From contig CP144833.1 in assembly GCA_036689465.1 (NCBI GenBank), positions 163,093 to 227,092 on the forward strand: a stretch of 64,000 nt of DNA, read 5' to 3'. Position numbers and translations under genes: made by a program. Positions within the stretch are counted from its first letter, which is position 1; every line of letters begins with the position of its first letter. This stretch comes from Candidatus Stammera capleta (GTDB lineage: Bacteria; Pseudomonadota; Gammaproteobacteria; Enterobacterales; Enterobacteriaceae). This document shows, in pieces, positions 52,799 through 64,000 of the stretch. Under the pieces are notes generated by a model. The model searched no databases. It was not told where the DNA came from and saw only the letters and a program-made list of their open reading frames with translations.

Positions 52799-53317
52799 TT
52801 AAAAATTAAAGCTTAAATTCCATAATCTATAAAACTCTTTTCTATACTTACTAGCTATATTAGGCATAGAATCAAAATAAACAATATTTTCTGCATTAAA
52901 ATTATTTGCAGAAAAAGTATAATTATAAGAACCAGTTTCTACTGATTTAGAATCAATAACTAAAAATTTATTATGCATAATATTATAATTGAAATTCATT
53001 TTTATAGGTATATGTAAATCAATTATTTTTTTTAAAATATACATTCTTTTTTTGGTATTTTTTCCATCTAATAAAATTTTTACTTTAATACCTTTTTTAT
53101 AAATATTAATTATAGAATTTATAATTTTTTTACTACTAAGATTATAAGCAGATAATAAAATTTCTTTTTTAGAATTATTAATATAACTTATAATTTTATC
53201 TTCAATTTTAAACCTTTTATTAGAAGAAAAATAAACAACTATTTTAGGTTTAGAAAATAAATTAAAAGAAAAAAAAATACTTAAAAACATAATTAATAAT
53301 ACACATATTTTTTTCAT
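52799..53317 (-). CDS. secreted phospholipase-D-superfamily endonuclease (Nuc-like, single HKD domain)
   Basis: The intact 172-aa ORF has an N-terminal signal-like segment MKKICVLLIMFLSIFFSFNLFS. It has a perfect HKD motif, H-N-K-FLVI-D-SKSVET-GS-Y-N. Size and layout match the plasmid pKM101 Nuc family. Confidence 0.75.
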   Translation of the reverse strand: MKKICVLLIMFLSIFFSFNLFSKPKIVVYFSSNKRFKIEDKIISYINNSKKEILLSAYNLSSKKIINSIINIYKKGIKVKILLDGKNTKKRMYILKKIIDLHIPIKMNFNYNIMHNKFLVIDSKSVETGSYNYTFSANNFNAENIVYFDSMPNIASKYRKEFYRLWNLSFNF

Positions 53318-53322
53318 AATAT

Positions 53323-53853
53323 TTATTTTAAATAATCAAATTTAAAAATATCTATAATTAATTTGCTTAACCAAATATTAATTCTTTTATTAGTAAATTC
53401 ACATTGATTAATTTCATCTAAAACTAATCCAACAAAATAACATTTATTAATTAAACTAAGAGAATTATGAAAAAAATAATTTTTATTAGGTCAATAACCC
53501 ATTATTAAAGCATTATTTTTTTTCGCTATATCATATAATTTATAAATACCATTACAAAAATGATTACTATAATTTTTTTGATCACCACAACCAAAAAAAC
53601 ATACGATTTTATTTAAAAAATTTATTTTTTTAAATTTATTTAAAAAATTATCTCAATCATATTGCAATTCCCCACAATACCATGTTGATGTACCTAATAT
53701 AAATATATCAAATTTTTTAAAATTCTTTAAAGAAACAGAAGAAATATTAAAAATATTTACGTCAAAATATATACTCATTTTTTCATATATATAATATGCT
53801 ATTTTTTTTGTATTTCCAGTATCACTACCATAAAAAATACCTATCTTGAACAT
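53323..53853 (-). CDS. fldA: flavodoxin (long-chain)
   Basis: ORF 53653..53853 reads MFKIGIFYGSDTGNT...ILGTSTWYCGELQYDW(TGA)DNF.. and continues ..FFGCGDQ..Y...FC......GYW(TGA)P....F (177 codons). Confidence 0.92.
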
Positions 53854-53978
53854 TATATAACCTTAAATAAAATAAATAATTAATAATTTAACTACTAATA
53901 TTATTGTATAATAAATAAATTTATTTAGTAAAATAACTTTAAAATTAATAACTTTTAAAATAAAATATTTATATTTAT

Positions 53979-54767
53979 ATGTTTAAAAAAAAAACTGTCA
54001 TTTTTTTAGATTCTGGTGTAGGTGGATTATCTATTTTAAAAAGCATATATAAATATTTAAAAAATATAAAAATAATTTATTTCATGGATGACTTAAAATT
54101 TCCTTACGGAAATAAAAATTATTTATATATTACAAAAAGAATACATAAAATTATTAAATATTTAAATAAAATTTATCATATTTATACATTAATACTAGCA
54201 TGTAATACTGCTACTATAATTAGTATAAATTATTTAAAAAAAAAATTTAAATTTCCTATTATAGGTACATTTCCTTCTATTAAGAAATCTATTCACAAAA
54301 CAAAAAAAAAAATAATTTTATTAATAGGAACATATTTAACTATTAATTCTTGATATATAAAAAATTTAATTAAAAATAATTCACCTAAAAATATTAAAAT
54401 TATTAAAAAATATTCATCAGAATTAGTATATTTAGCAGAATTAAAAATAAAAAAAAATAAAATAAATTTAAATAAAATAAAAAATATTTTTAAAAAAGAA
54501 AAAAAAATTAAAAATTTAGATACTATTATAATAGGATGTACTCATTATAACTTTTTAACAAAAGAAATAAAAAAAGTTTTTCATAAAAAAATATATCTTA
54601 TAAAAAATTTAATAAAAATTAAAAAAAAATGTTTTGATAATATAAAAAAAAAAAAAAAAAAAAAAAAATATTTTTTTTATAAAAAAAAAAAAAAAAATAA
54701 AAATAACTTTATGAAAAATATCAATAAAATATATAAATTTTCTATATTCAAAAAAATTAAAATTTAA
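53979..54767 (+). CDS. murI: glutamate racemase
   Basis: IFLDSGVGGLSIL, FPYGNK, LACNTA and IIGCTHY are present. The 3' end as drawn reads through the A25/T8/A17 tract in frame, and this part is not anchored by the ORF track. Confidence 0.85.
54644..54697 (+). repeat. compound homopolymer: about A25, TATTTTTTTTAT, about A17, in the 3' part of murI
   Basis: Read directly from lines 54601-54720. Run lengths were counted by hand. Confidence 0.7.
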
Positions 54768-54776
54768 TAATTGAAA

Positions 54777-55427
54777 ATGATTAATAAAAAAAAAAATAAA
54801 AATAATAATAAGTTTAAAAATATATTAAAAATATCTATATTTTTTAGAATTATAGAAATAATAACAAAACTAAATAATACAAATATAATATATTGAAAAA
54901 TATTATACATATTTTTTATAATAAATAAATTAATAGAATACCCTTATATAATAATTACACACATTATATTAATTTATATTTATAAAAAAATATATAATAT
55001 ATCTAATATAAAAAATATTGTATTTATGTCATGTAGTATATTATTATTATCTTTAATAACTAAAGAAATTATCAAAAAAAATATTTATATTTCAAGACCA
55101 TATAAAAGTATTAATATAAAAAAACAAATTAATAAAAAAAATATACCTAAATGAATTATGGATCAATGAAAATATAAAAATAGTAGTTCCTTTCCATCAG
55201 GACATACAATATTTACAAGTTACTGAATAATGTTATTTTGAAAAAAAAAAAAAAAAAATTCAATAATAATATTATTATTAACAGTATTAACTAGTACTAG
55301 AATATTTTTATTACTACATAGAAGTCAAGAAATAATATTTAGTTTCATAATAAATAATATTTCTAAATATATAATTAATAAAACATTATTTATTTATAAA
55401 TATATTAAAACTAGATTTCAAATATAG
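54777..55427 (+). CDS. pgpB: PAP2-family lipid phosphatase (PgpB-like)
   Basis: The three PAP2 motifs are present: KKNIYISRP, FPSGHT and STRIFLLLHRSQE. W.YKNSSSFPSGHTIFTSYW aligns with E. coli PgpB W.KETGFAFPSGHTMFAASW. There are several in-frame TGAs and an in-frame A18 tract. Confidence 0.6.
55241..55258 (+). repeat. A18 homopolymer inside the PgpB-like gene (in frame as read)
   Basis: TTT TGA followed by an A run, then TTCAAT. Both flanking motif blocks are in the same frame by hand count. Confidence 0.6.
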
Positions 55428-56325
55428 AAAAATCATAAGCTATATAAGTATTAGGAAAAATTCTAATACATTCATTTAAAATAATTTTTAAATCTCTATA
55501 ATTATATCTAGAACTAAAATGAGTTAGAATTAATTTTTTAATGAAATATTTTTTAGCAAAATTTGCAGCCTGTATATTAGTAGAATGTCCTCTAATATTA
55601 GCTAAATAAGACATATTATTTTTTAAAGTAGATTCATGAATTAAAACATCAACATTATAAATAAAATTATAATCTTTTTTTAATGGGGAAGTATCACCCA
55701 ATATAACTATATTTTTACCCTTTATTTTTTTACCTAAATAATCTTTACCTTTAATAATTTTACCATTATTTAATTTAATTGTTTTACCTAACTTTAAATA
55801 TTTATATATAGGACCAGGAAAAACACCATCAAAAATTAATTTATCTACATTTAAATGACCTACTTTATCTTTTTCTTTAACATAATATCCATAACATTCT
55901 ACAGTATGATTTAATAAAAAAGAAATAATTTGATATTTTTTATTATTAAATATTTCTCCTTCATTAATTTCAAATATATTTAAAGGGAAATTAATATAAG
56001 AATTACTCATTTTTAAAAACATATTTATATAATATTTAATACCTTTACCACCATAAATTTCTAATTTTTCAGAAACATTATTTATAGATCTACTAGTTAA
56101 TAATCCTGGTAAACCGAAAATATGATCGCCATGCATATGTGTAATAAATATTTTTTTAATTTTACTTAATTTTATAGAAGTACGTAATATTTGATGTTGA
56201 GTAGATTCACCACAATCAAATAATCATACTTCATATATATTATTATTTAAAATTAAAGCTATACTAGTAACATTTCTTTTAATATTTGGGGAACCAGCAT
56301 TTGTACCTAAAAATTGTATTAACAT
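55411..56325 (-). CDS. rbn: ribonuclease Z / RNase BN
   Basis: ORF 55411..56136 extends through TGA to ATG 56325 (305 codons). MLIQFLGTNAGSP...RNVTSIAL....VW(TGA)LFDCGESTQHQ and THMHGDHIFGLPGLL are present. Confidence 0.9.
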
Positions 56326-56515
56326 TATAATTCAAATAAATTAAAATAAATAATATTATTATAACAAAACATAAAAAAAAAATTAAATATTTTATAATTT
56401 ATTATTTTTAAAAAATATAAAATTTAAATATATTTTAAAAATATAATATTAAAAAATAATTAATAATCTGTTAATATTAAAAGTATTAATTTTATAACAT
56501 TATAAAAATTTTAAT

Positions 56516-57429
<914 letters not shown>

Positions 57430-57430
<1 letters not shown>

Positions 57431-59028
57431 TGATTAAAAAAAAAAAAAATTTTATATATAAAATTATTAATCATGATATTAAAAAAAAAAAATATAATAA
57501 AATAGTTACTCGTTTCCCACCTGAACCTAATGGTTATTTACATATAGGGCATGCTAAATCTATATATATAAATTTTAAAATAGCTAAAGATTACAAAGGT
57601 AAATGTAATTTACGTTTTGATGATACTAATCCAAATACAGAAAAAAAAATATATATTAAATCAATTAAAAAAGATATAAAATGATTAGGATATAAATGAC
57701 ATAAAAAAACAAAATATACTTCTAATTACTTTAATATATATTATAAATACGCAAAAATATTAATAAAAAAAAAATTAGCATATGTAGATGAATTATCTAT
57801 ACATGAAATTAAAAAATATAGAGGCACATTAACTACACCTGGCACCAATAGTCCTTATAGAAATAGAAATATAAATAATAATTTATTATTATTTAAAAAA
57901 ATGAAAAAAGGATATTATAAAGAAGGACAAATGTGTTTAAGAGCTAAAATAAATATGAAGTCGAAAAATATTATATTAAGAGATCCTGTATTATATAGAA
58001 TTAAATATAGCAAACATCCTAAAACAAAAAATAAATGATGTATATATCCTATGTATGATTTTGCACATTGTATAGCTGATTCAATAGAAAAAATAACACA
58101 TTCTATATGTACTTTAGAATTTCAAAATAATAGATACTTATATAACTGAATATTAAAACATCTTAATATTAAACATAAACCAAAACAATATGAATTTTCT
58201 AAACTTAATATTAGTTATAATATAACCTCAAAAAGAATAATTAATACATTAATTAAAAAAAAAATTATTCAAGGTTGAAATGATCCTAGATTAATTACTT
58301 TATCAGGTATGAGAAATAAAGGTTATACTCCAAAATCAATAAAAAATTTTTGTAAATCGCTAGGTATAAGTAAACAGGAAAGTACTATAGATATAAATAT
58401 TTTAGAAAAATATTTAAGAAAAGATTTAAATATTACTAGTCCTAGAATTATAGGTATTATAAATCCTTTTAAAATTATATTAACAAACATTAATAAGAAG
58501 TATTTATTAAACATTAAAATACCTAATCATCCTATAAATAAAAAAATGGGAAAAAGGAAAATAATATTTAGTAAAGAAATATACATAGAAAAAAAAGATT
58601 TTAAAAAATTTTTTTTTTTGAAAAAAAAAATAATAAAAAAAAAAATTAGATTAAAATATGTAGGATTAATAAAAGCTAAAAAAATTATCAGAAATAAAAA
58701 AAATAAAATTTTATATTTAAAATGTAAATTTTATAAAGAAAAAAAACATAAAAATATTAATATCATTCATTGAATATCAAAAAAAAATTTGTTAAATACA
58801 AAAATAAAATTCTATTTAAAATTATTTAATTCACCTTATCCAAATAAAAACAACTATTTATCTATTGTAAATAAAAAATCTTTAAAAATTAAAAGAGGAT
58901 ATATAGAAAAAACAATATTAAAAAGCAAACATAAAATATTTCAATTTGAAAGAATTGGATATTTTAAATTAAACAAAATATATAATAAAAAAAAAGTGTA
59001 TTTAAATGAAATAATATCTTTAACATAA
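57430..59028 (+). CDS. glnS: glutamine--tRNA ligase
   Basis: Three ORF pieces are in frame (533 codons). [26 protein letters not shown](TGA)[11 protein letters not shown] and the ..SKR region are present. Confidence 0.93.
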
Positions 59029-59042
59029 AAATTTAAATTTCT

Positions 59043-59498
59043 ATGTATATAAAAAAAAAAAATATTTCTTTTAATATTTTAGATATAGTAAAAATTAAAC
59101 CTTATATAAAAAAAAAAAATGAAAAATATATGAATAATTCACAAATTAAACATTTTAAAAAAATTTTACTTAATTTAAAAAAACAATTAATTATAAATAA
59201 TAAAAAAAAATATCTTCATAATAAAGAAACTATAAATTTTTCAGATCCTATAGATAGAGCTACTCAAGAAGAAGAATTTACATTTAATTTAATTAATAAA
59301 GATAGAAAACAAAAATTAATTAATAAAATAGAAAAAACTATTAAAAAAATTAATGAAAAAAAATTTGGTTATTGTGAAACATGTAATGCAGAAATAGGTA
59401 TAAAAAGATTAGAAGTACAGCCTACTGCCAATTTATGTATAGATTGTAAAATTATGTCAGAAATAAAAGAAAAAAAAAATAATAAATTAAATATTTAG
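59043..59498 (+). CDS. dksA: RNA polymerase-binding transcription factor DksA
   Basis: The intact ORF has [14 protein letters not shown] and the C4 zinc finger CETC..17..CIDC, colinear with E. coli DksA. Confidence 0.92.
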   Translation: MYIKKKNISFNILDIVKIKPYIKKKNEKYMNNSQIKHFKKILLNLKKQLIINNKKKYLHNKETINFSDPIDRATQEEEFTFNLINKDRKQKLINKIEKTIKKINEKKFGYCETCNAEIGIKRLEVQPTANLCIDCKIMSEIKEKKNNKLNI

Positions 59499-59572
59499 AA
59501 TAAAAACTATATACTTTATAAAAAAAATTAAATATAATCTTAAAATTAACTTATTAAGTTTTAAAATAATTT

Positions 59573-60415
59573 ATGAAAAAAATATGATTAGAAAAACTAC
59601 ATACTAATGTAGGACAATTTATAAATATAAACAAAATTATTTATAAAAAAAAGACCAAGTACCAAAAAATATTTATAGTAAATAATAAAAAAATAGGTAA
59701 TATATTAATATTAGATAATATTATACAAACTACAGAATTTGATGAATTTATATATCATGAAATGATATGTTTAATACCTATATTAAGTCATCCTAAACCT
59801 AAAAATATATTAATTATAGGTGGAGGAGATGGGGGTTGTTTAAAACAAATAACAAAATTTAAAGAAATAAAATCTATTACTTTAGTAGAAATTGATAAAA
59901 AAATTATTTCTTGTTCAAAAAAATATTTATTTAAAATACATAAAAATTCATTCAATGATCCTAGAGTAAAAATAATTAATAGTGATGGTATAAAATTTAT
60001 AAAAAATAATAATAAAAAAAAATTTGATATAATAATTATAGATGGAACAGATCCTGTCGGACCAGGAAAAAAATTATTTAGTAAAAATTTTTATTTTAAT
60101 TGCAAAAAATCTCTTTCTAAAAATGGAATTATAGTATCTCAAAGTGGAACTATATTACAAATAAAACAAGCTTTTAAAAATCTAAATAAAATTAAAAAAA
60201 TATTTAAATATAGTGGTTTTTATCAATCATCTGTACCAACATATTATGGTGGAAATATTTTCTTTATATGAGCATCAGAAAAAAATAATTTAAAAAAAAT
60301 TAATGTAAATCAATTATCTTACAGAATAAAATCATATAAATTTAAATATTATAATTTAATGATACACATAAATAGTTTTGTGTTACCTCAATTTATAATT
60401 AACAAAATAAATTAA
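59573..60415 (+). CDS. speE: spermidine synthase
   Basis: ATG 59573 is in frame with ORF 59762..60271. QTTEFDEFIYHEM, IIGGGDGG, DGTDPVGPG and VPTYYGG..FF.W(TGA)A are present. Confidence 0.92.
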
Positions 60416-60442
60416 TATTCATTAAGGTGAAAAATTTAAAAA

Positions 60443-61183
60443 ATGAAATTATACGGATTTAATAATTTAACAAAAAATTTAAATTTTTGTATTTATGATA
60501 TATATTACACAAATTCTAATATAGAAAAAAATAAATATATTTATTATATAAATAAAAAATATAATGCTAATAGATTAACAAAAATTCTTAAAAAAACATG
60601 TGATATTATAGGGGCAAAAATATTAAATATAGCAAAACAAAATTATCGTCCTCAAGGAGCTAGTGTAACAATATTAATAAGTGAAGAAAAAGAAAAAAAA
60701 ATAAAACCAAATACGATATTAATGCATTTAAATAAAAGCCATATTTGTGTACATACTTATCCAGAAAGTAATCCAGAAAGTGAAGTATCTACACTTAGAA
60801 TAGATATAGAAATATCTACTTGTGGTTTAATATCACCACTAAAAGCACTAAATTTTTTTATTAATAAATTAGAATCAGATATATTAACTATAGATTATAA
60901 GATAAGAGGATTTACAAGAGATGTAAATGGTAAAAAAATTTTTATAGATCATAAAATTAATTCTATACAAAATTTTATAAACAAAAAAAATAAAAAAATA
61001 TATGATATGATAGATATTAATATTTATCAAGAAAATATTTTTCATACTAAAATGATACTTAAAAATATTAATTTAAATAATTATATTTTTGATATTAAAG
61101 AAATAAATTTTAAAAAAAAAGATAGTATTATTCACTTATTATGAAAAGAAATGAAAGAAATATATTATGGAAAAAATACTTAA
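60443..61183 (+). CDS. speD: S-adenosylmethionine decarboxylase proenzyme
   Basis: [52 protein letters not shown] and LLW(TGA)KEMKEIYYG are nearly colinear with E. coli SpeD. Confidence 0.95.
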
Positions 61184-61185
61184 AT

Positions 61186-61935
61186 TTATAAAGTTAATAT
61201 TTCATAACTATTATCAGTAACTAAAATAGTATGTTCGTATTGAGCAGATAGATTTCCATCTTTAGTTTTTACTGTTCAACCATCATTCATAATAATTGTA
61301 TCTTCAGATCCCATATTAATCATTGGTTCAATAGTAAATATCATACCAGTTTTAAAAAATAAATTACAATTATTTTTGTAATGCAATATATGTGGTTCTT
61401 CATGAAAATTTCTTCCTATACCATGACCACAATAATTTTTAACTACAGAATAACCCTTTTTATTAACATAATTTTGGATAATTTTACCTATATTTTTAAA
61501 TTTACCACCATTTTTAATACATTTTAAGGATAAATAAAGACTTTTTTTAGTAACTTTACATAATCTAACAGCTATATAATTAGGTTTACCAACTAAAAAC
61601 ATTTTAGATATATCTGCATAATAATTATTTTTACATATAGCTATATCAATATTTATAATATCTCCGTCTAATAATATACAATTATAAGAAGGTATACCAT
61701 GGCAAACAACATCATTAATAGAAGTACAAATAGATTTAGGAAAACCCATATATTTTAATGCTGCTGGATAAGCTTTATGATATTCTACTATACGATTATA
61801 ACAAATATCATTTATTTTACCTGTTGATATACCTGGTTTAATATATTTAGATATATAAAATAAAACTTCAGAAGCTATTTTAGCCGAAATTTTAATATTT
61901 TTAATATCTTTAAAATTTTTAATCATATGTATCAT
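61186..61935 (-). CDS. map: methionine aminopeptidase type I
   Basis: ORF 61276..61935 continues past TGA: ..DGW(TGA)TVKTKDGNLSAQYEHTILVT. VCHGIP, DI..D, GHGIG, FTIEP and EHT are the metal ligand blocks. Confidence 0.92.
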
Positions 61936-62028
61936 AAATTTATTTTTTTATTTATACCGTTATTTTTTTTATATAAAATATATATATATAATATAAAAAA
62001 ATAACACTAAAACAAAGAGGATTTTAAA

Positions 62029-62695
62029 ATGAATTTTTCTATTAAAGAAATGATTGATGTAGGAATACATTTTGGACATCAAACAAAACACTGACATCCT
62101 AAAATGAAACCTTATATTTATACTAAACATAATAAAATACATATTATCAATTTAGATAAAACAATTAAATTATTTTATATAGCATTAAAAGAACTAAAAA
62201 AAATAAATAAAAAAAAAAAAAAAAATATTATTTATAGGCACTAAAAAAGCTGCAAGTAATTTTATTAAAAATACTGCTATAAAATGCAATCAATATTTTA
62301 TTAACAATCGTTGATTAGGTGGAACATTAACTAATTGAAAAACAGTAAAAAAATCCATTAATTTTTTAAAAGAAATAGAACAACAATCTAAAAATGGACT
62401 ATTAGAAAAATTAACTAAAAAAGAAATTTTACAAAAAAAAAGATTATTAAAAAAATTAAAAAATAATTTAGATGGCATAAAAAATATGAATAATTTACCA
62501 GATGCTATATTTGTAGTAGATGCTAATTACGAAAATTTAGCAATAAAAGAAGCTCAACAATTAAAAATAAAAACATTTGCTATAATAGATACTAATACTA
62601 ATCCAGAAGGATTAGATTATATAATTCCTGGTAATGACGATTCTTCAAAATCTATAAAATGATATTGTGATAATATTATAAAATATATTAAATAA
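62029..62695 (+). CDS. rpsB: 30S ribosomal protein S2, interrupted by a frameshift inside an A17 tract
   Basis: The SD AAGAGG and ATG 62029 give [22 protein letters not shown](TGA)HPKMKPYIY...HIINLDKT in frame 1. That frame ends ..KKKKKNIIYRH* at 62242..62244. ILFIGTKKAAS...NRW LGGTLTNW K...IFVVD....AIKEA..L.I..FAI.DTN..P.....IPGNDD continues in the next frame to TAA at 62693..62695. The ORF track lists no + ORF of 60 aa or more here, which an in-frame gene would have produced. Confidence 0.85.
62209..62225 (+). repeat. A17 homopolymer at the rpsB frame break
   Basis: ATAAAT is followed by 17 A, then TATTATTTATAGGCACT. Sixteen A would give KKKKKILFIGTKKAAS, matching E. coli GKILFVGTKRAAS. 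Confidence 0.8.
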
Positions 62696-62702
62696 ATAAT
62701 TT

Positions 62703-63461
62703 ATGAATATAAAAATATTAAAAAAAATTAGAAAAATTACTTCTGTAAGTATTAAAGAATGTCTACAAGCATTAAAAAAAAATAATTTTAATTTAGAAAA
62801 ATCTATTATTTATTTAAAAAAAAAAAAATTACATAAAAATAAAAAACCCAAACAAGGAGGAATATTTGGAAAAATAAAAAATAATAAAGGTATTATAATA
62901 AAAATAAATTGCGAAACTGATTTCGCAATTAAAAATAAAAAAATAATAAATTTTGCTAAAAAAATAATTAATTATTCTCTTAAAAATAAATGTACATCTA
63001 TTGAAAAAATTAATAACGTATTTAAAAAAAAAAGAAAATATTTAATATTAAAATTTAAAGAAAATATAATAATTAAAAAAATACATTGTATAAAAGGAAA
63101 ATATTTATGTAAATACATACATAATAATAATAAAATAGGAACTATATTAAAAATAAAATTAAAAAATAAACATATAAATTTTAAAAAAATTAAAAAAATA
63201 GCTATGCATATAGCAGCTATGAATCCTAAATATATAGATAAAAGTGATATATCATACAATACAGCTAAAAAATATATAAAAAATATTATTTTAATTTCAA
63301 AACAAAAAAATAAAAAAATAATTAAAAAAAAAATAAAAGAAAAAATTAATAACTTAATATTATTAAAACAAAAATTTATTTTTAATAATAAAAAATCAAT
63401 ATCTGATTACATTAAAAAAAATAATATTAAAATAATAAATTTCTATAGACTTCAAATATAA
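62703..63461 (+). CDS. tsf: elongation factor Ts
   Basis: The intact 252-aa ORF follows rpsB. It has an N-terminal UBA-like IRKITSVSIKECLQALKKNNFNLEKSIIYLKKK and later INCETDF..KN and HIAAMNP. Confidence 0.9.
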   Translation: MNIKILKKIRKITSVSIKECLQALKKNNFNLEKSIIYLKKKKLHKNKKPKQGGIFGKIKNNKGIIIKINCETDFAIKNKKIINFAKKIINYSLKNKCTSIEKINNVFKKKRKYLILKFKENIIIKKIHCIKGKYLCKYIHNNNKIGTILKIKLKNKHINFKKIKKIAMHIAAMNPKYIDKSDISYNTAKKYIKNIILISKQKNKKIIKKKIKEKINNLILLKQKFIFNNKKSISDYIKKNNIKIINFYRLQI

Positions 63462-63463
63462 AA

Positions 63464-64000
63464 ATGTATAAACGTATAGTACTAAAAATAAGTGGGGAAT
63501 CACTTGGTAAAAATAATATTATAGATAAAAATATTATGATTTACTTAACTAAAGAAATTATAAAAATATTTAAAAAAAAAATTCAAATTTCTATTATTAT
63601 AGGTGGAGGAAATATATTAAGAGGAAAAGATTTACATTACTTAAAAATAGACCGAGCTATAGCAGATCAAACAGGAATGTTATCCACTATAATAAATGGA
63701 TTAATTTTACATAATTTTTTAAATAAAAAAAATATTAATACTAAAATAATGTCTACTTTTAATATTCATAATATATGTGAACCTTATAATTATATTAAAA
63801 TTAAAGAATATTTAAAAAAAAATAAAATAGTTATAATTACTTCAGGAATAGGAAATCCTTTATTTACTACAGATACAGCAGCTTGTTTAAAAGCAATAGA
63901 AACTAAATCTAATATATTAATAAAAGCTACTAAAGTTAATGGAGTATATAATATTGATCCTAATATAAATAAAAAAGCTAAGTTTTTTAGTAAAATAAGT
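63464..64000 (+). CDS. pyrH: UMP kinase (partial, runs off the right edge)
   Basis: MYKRIVLKISGESLG......IIIGGGNILRG......DR..AD..GML.T..NGL and ITSGIGNPLFTTDTAA.L.A.E are present. It lies after tsf, as in E. coli. Confidence 0.93.
   Translation, partial: MYKRIVLKISGESLGKNNIIDKNIMIYLTKEIIKIFKKKIQISIIIGGGNILRGKDLHYLKIDRAIADQTGMLSTIINGLILHNFLNKKNINTKIMSTFNIHNICEPYNYIKIKEYLKKNKIVIITSGIGNPLFTTDTAACLKAIETKSNILIKATKVNGVYNIDPNINKKAKFFSKIS

Overview
This 64-kb window is extremely A+T-rich and almost wall-to-wall genes: about 63 protein genes and 4 tRNAs. I saw no rRNA, CRISPR array, IS element or prophage. It looks like a tiny-genome obligate endosymbiont. Operon order is Enterobacterales/Gammaproteobacteria-like: rpmH-rnpA-yidC-mnmE divergent from dnaN-gyrB, rpsP-trmD-rplS, sufBCDSE, rpmF..acpP, rluC<>rne, leuS-holA, recC-recB-recD, thrS-infC-rpmI-rplT-pheS-pheT-ihfA, pgk-fbaA, speE-speD and rpsB-tsf-pyrH.

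Main observations:
- **Genetic code.** The standard-code ORF track looks fragmented because TGA is read as Trp (translation table 4). Fragments of each gene share one frame, TGA sits at conserved Trp positions, and every gene model ends in TAA or TAG.
- **Homopolymer frameshifts.** Three genes stay broken after recoding, each exactly inside a long homopolymer: rpsB (A17), sufC (A16) and a ydjM-like gene (T15 in sense). A one-nucleotide change in tract length restores the conserved protein in each case. This fits either rescue by transcriptional slippage or homopolymer sequencing error.
- **Other points.** dnaA and recF are absent from their canonical slot, replaced by a 0.9-kb near-pure A/T spacer. 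The LeuRS and ThrRS editing motifs look eroded. A signal-peptide PLD/Nuc-type nuclease is retained. The fab cluster between rpmF and acpP has been excised. infC keeps an ATT start. murI carries an A25/T8/A17 tract.

All coordinates were derived by hand from the sequence and anchored on the ORF track, so unanchored ends may be off by a few nucleotides. I found no convincing novel multi-gene system such as a defence island or mobile element.
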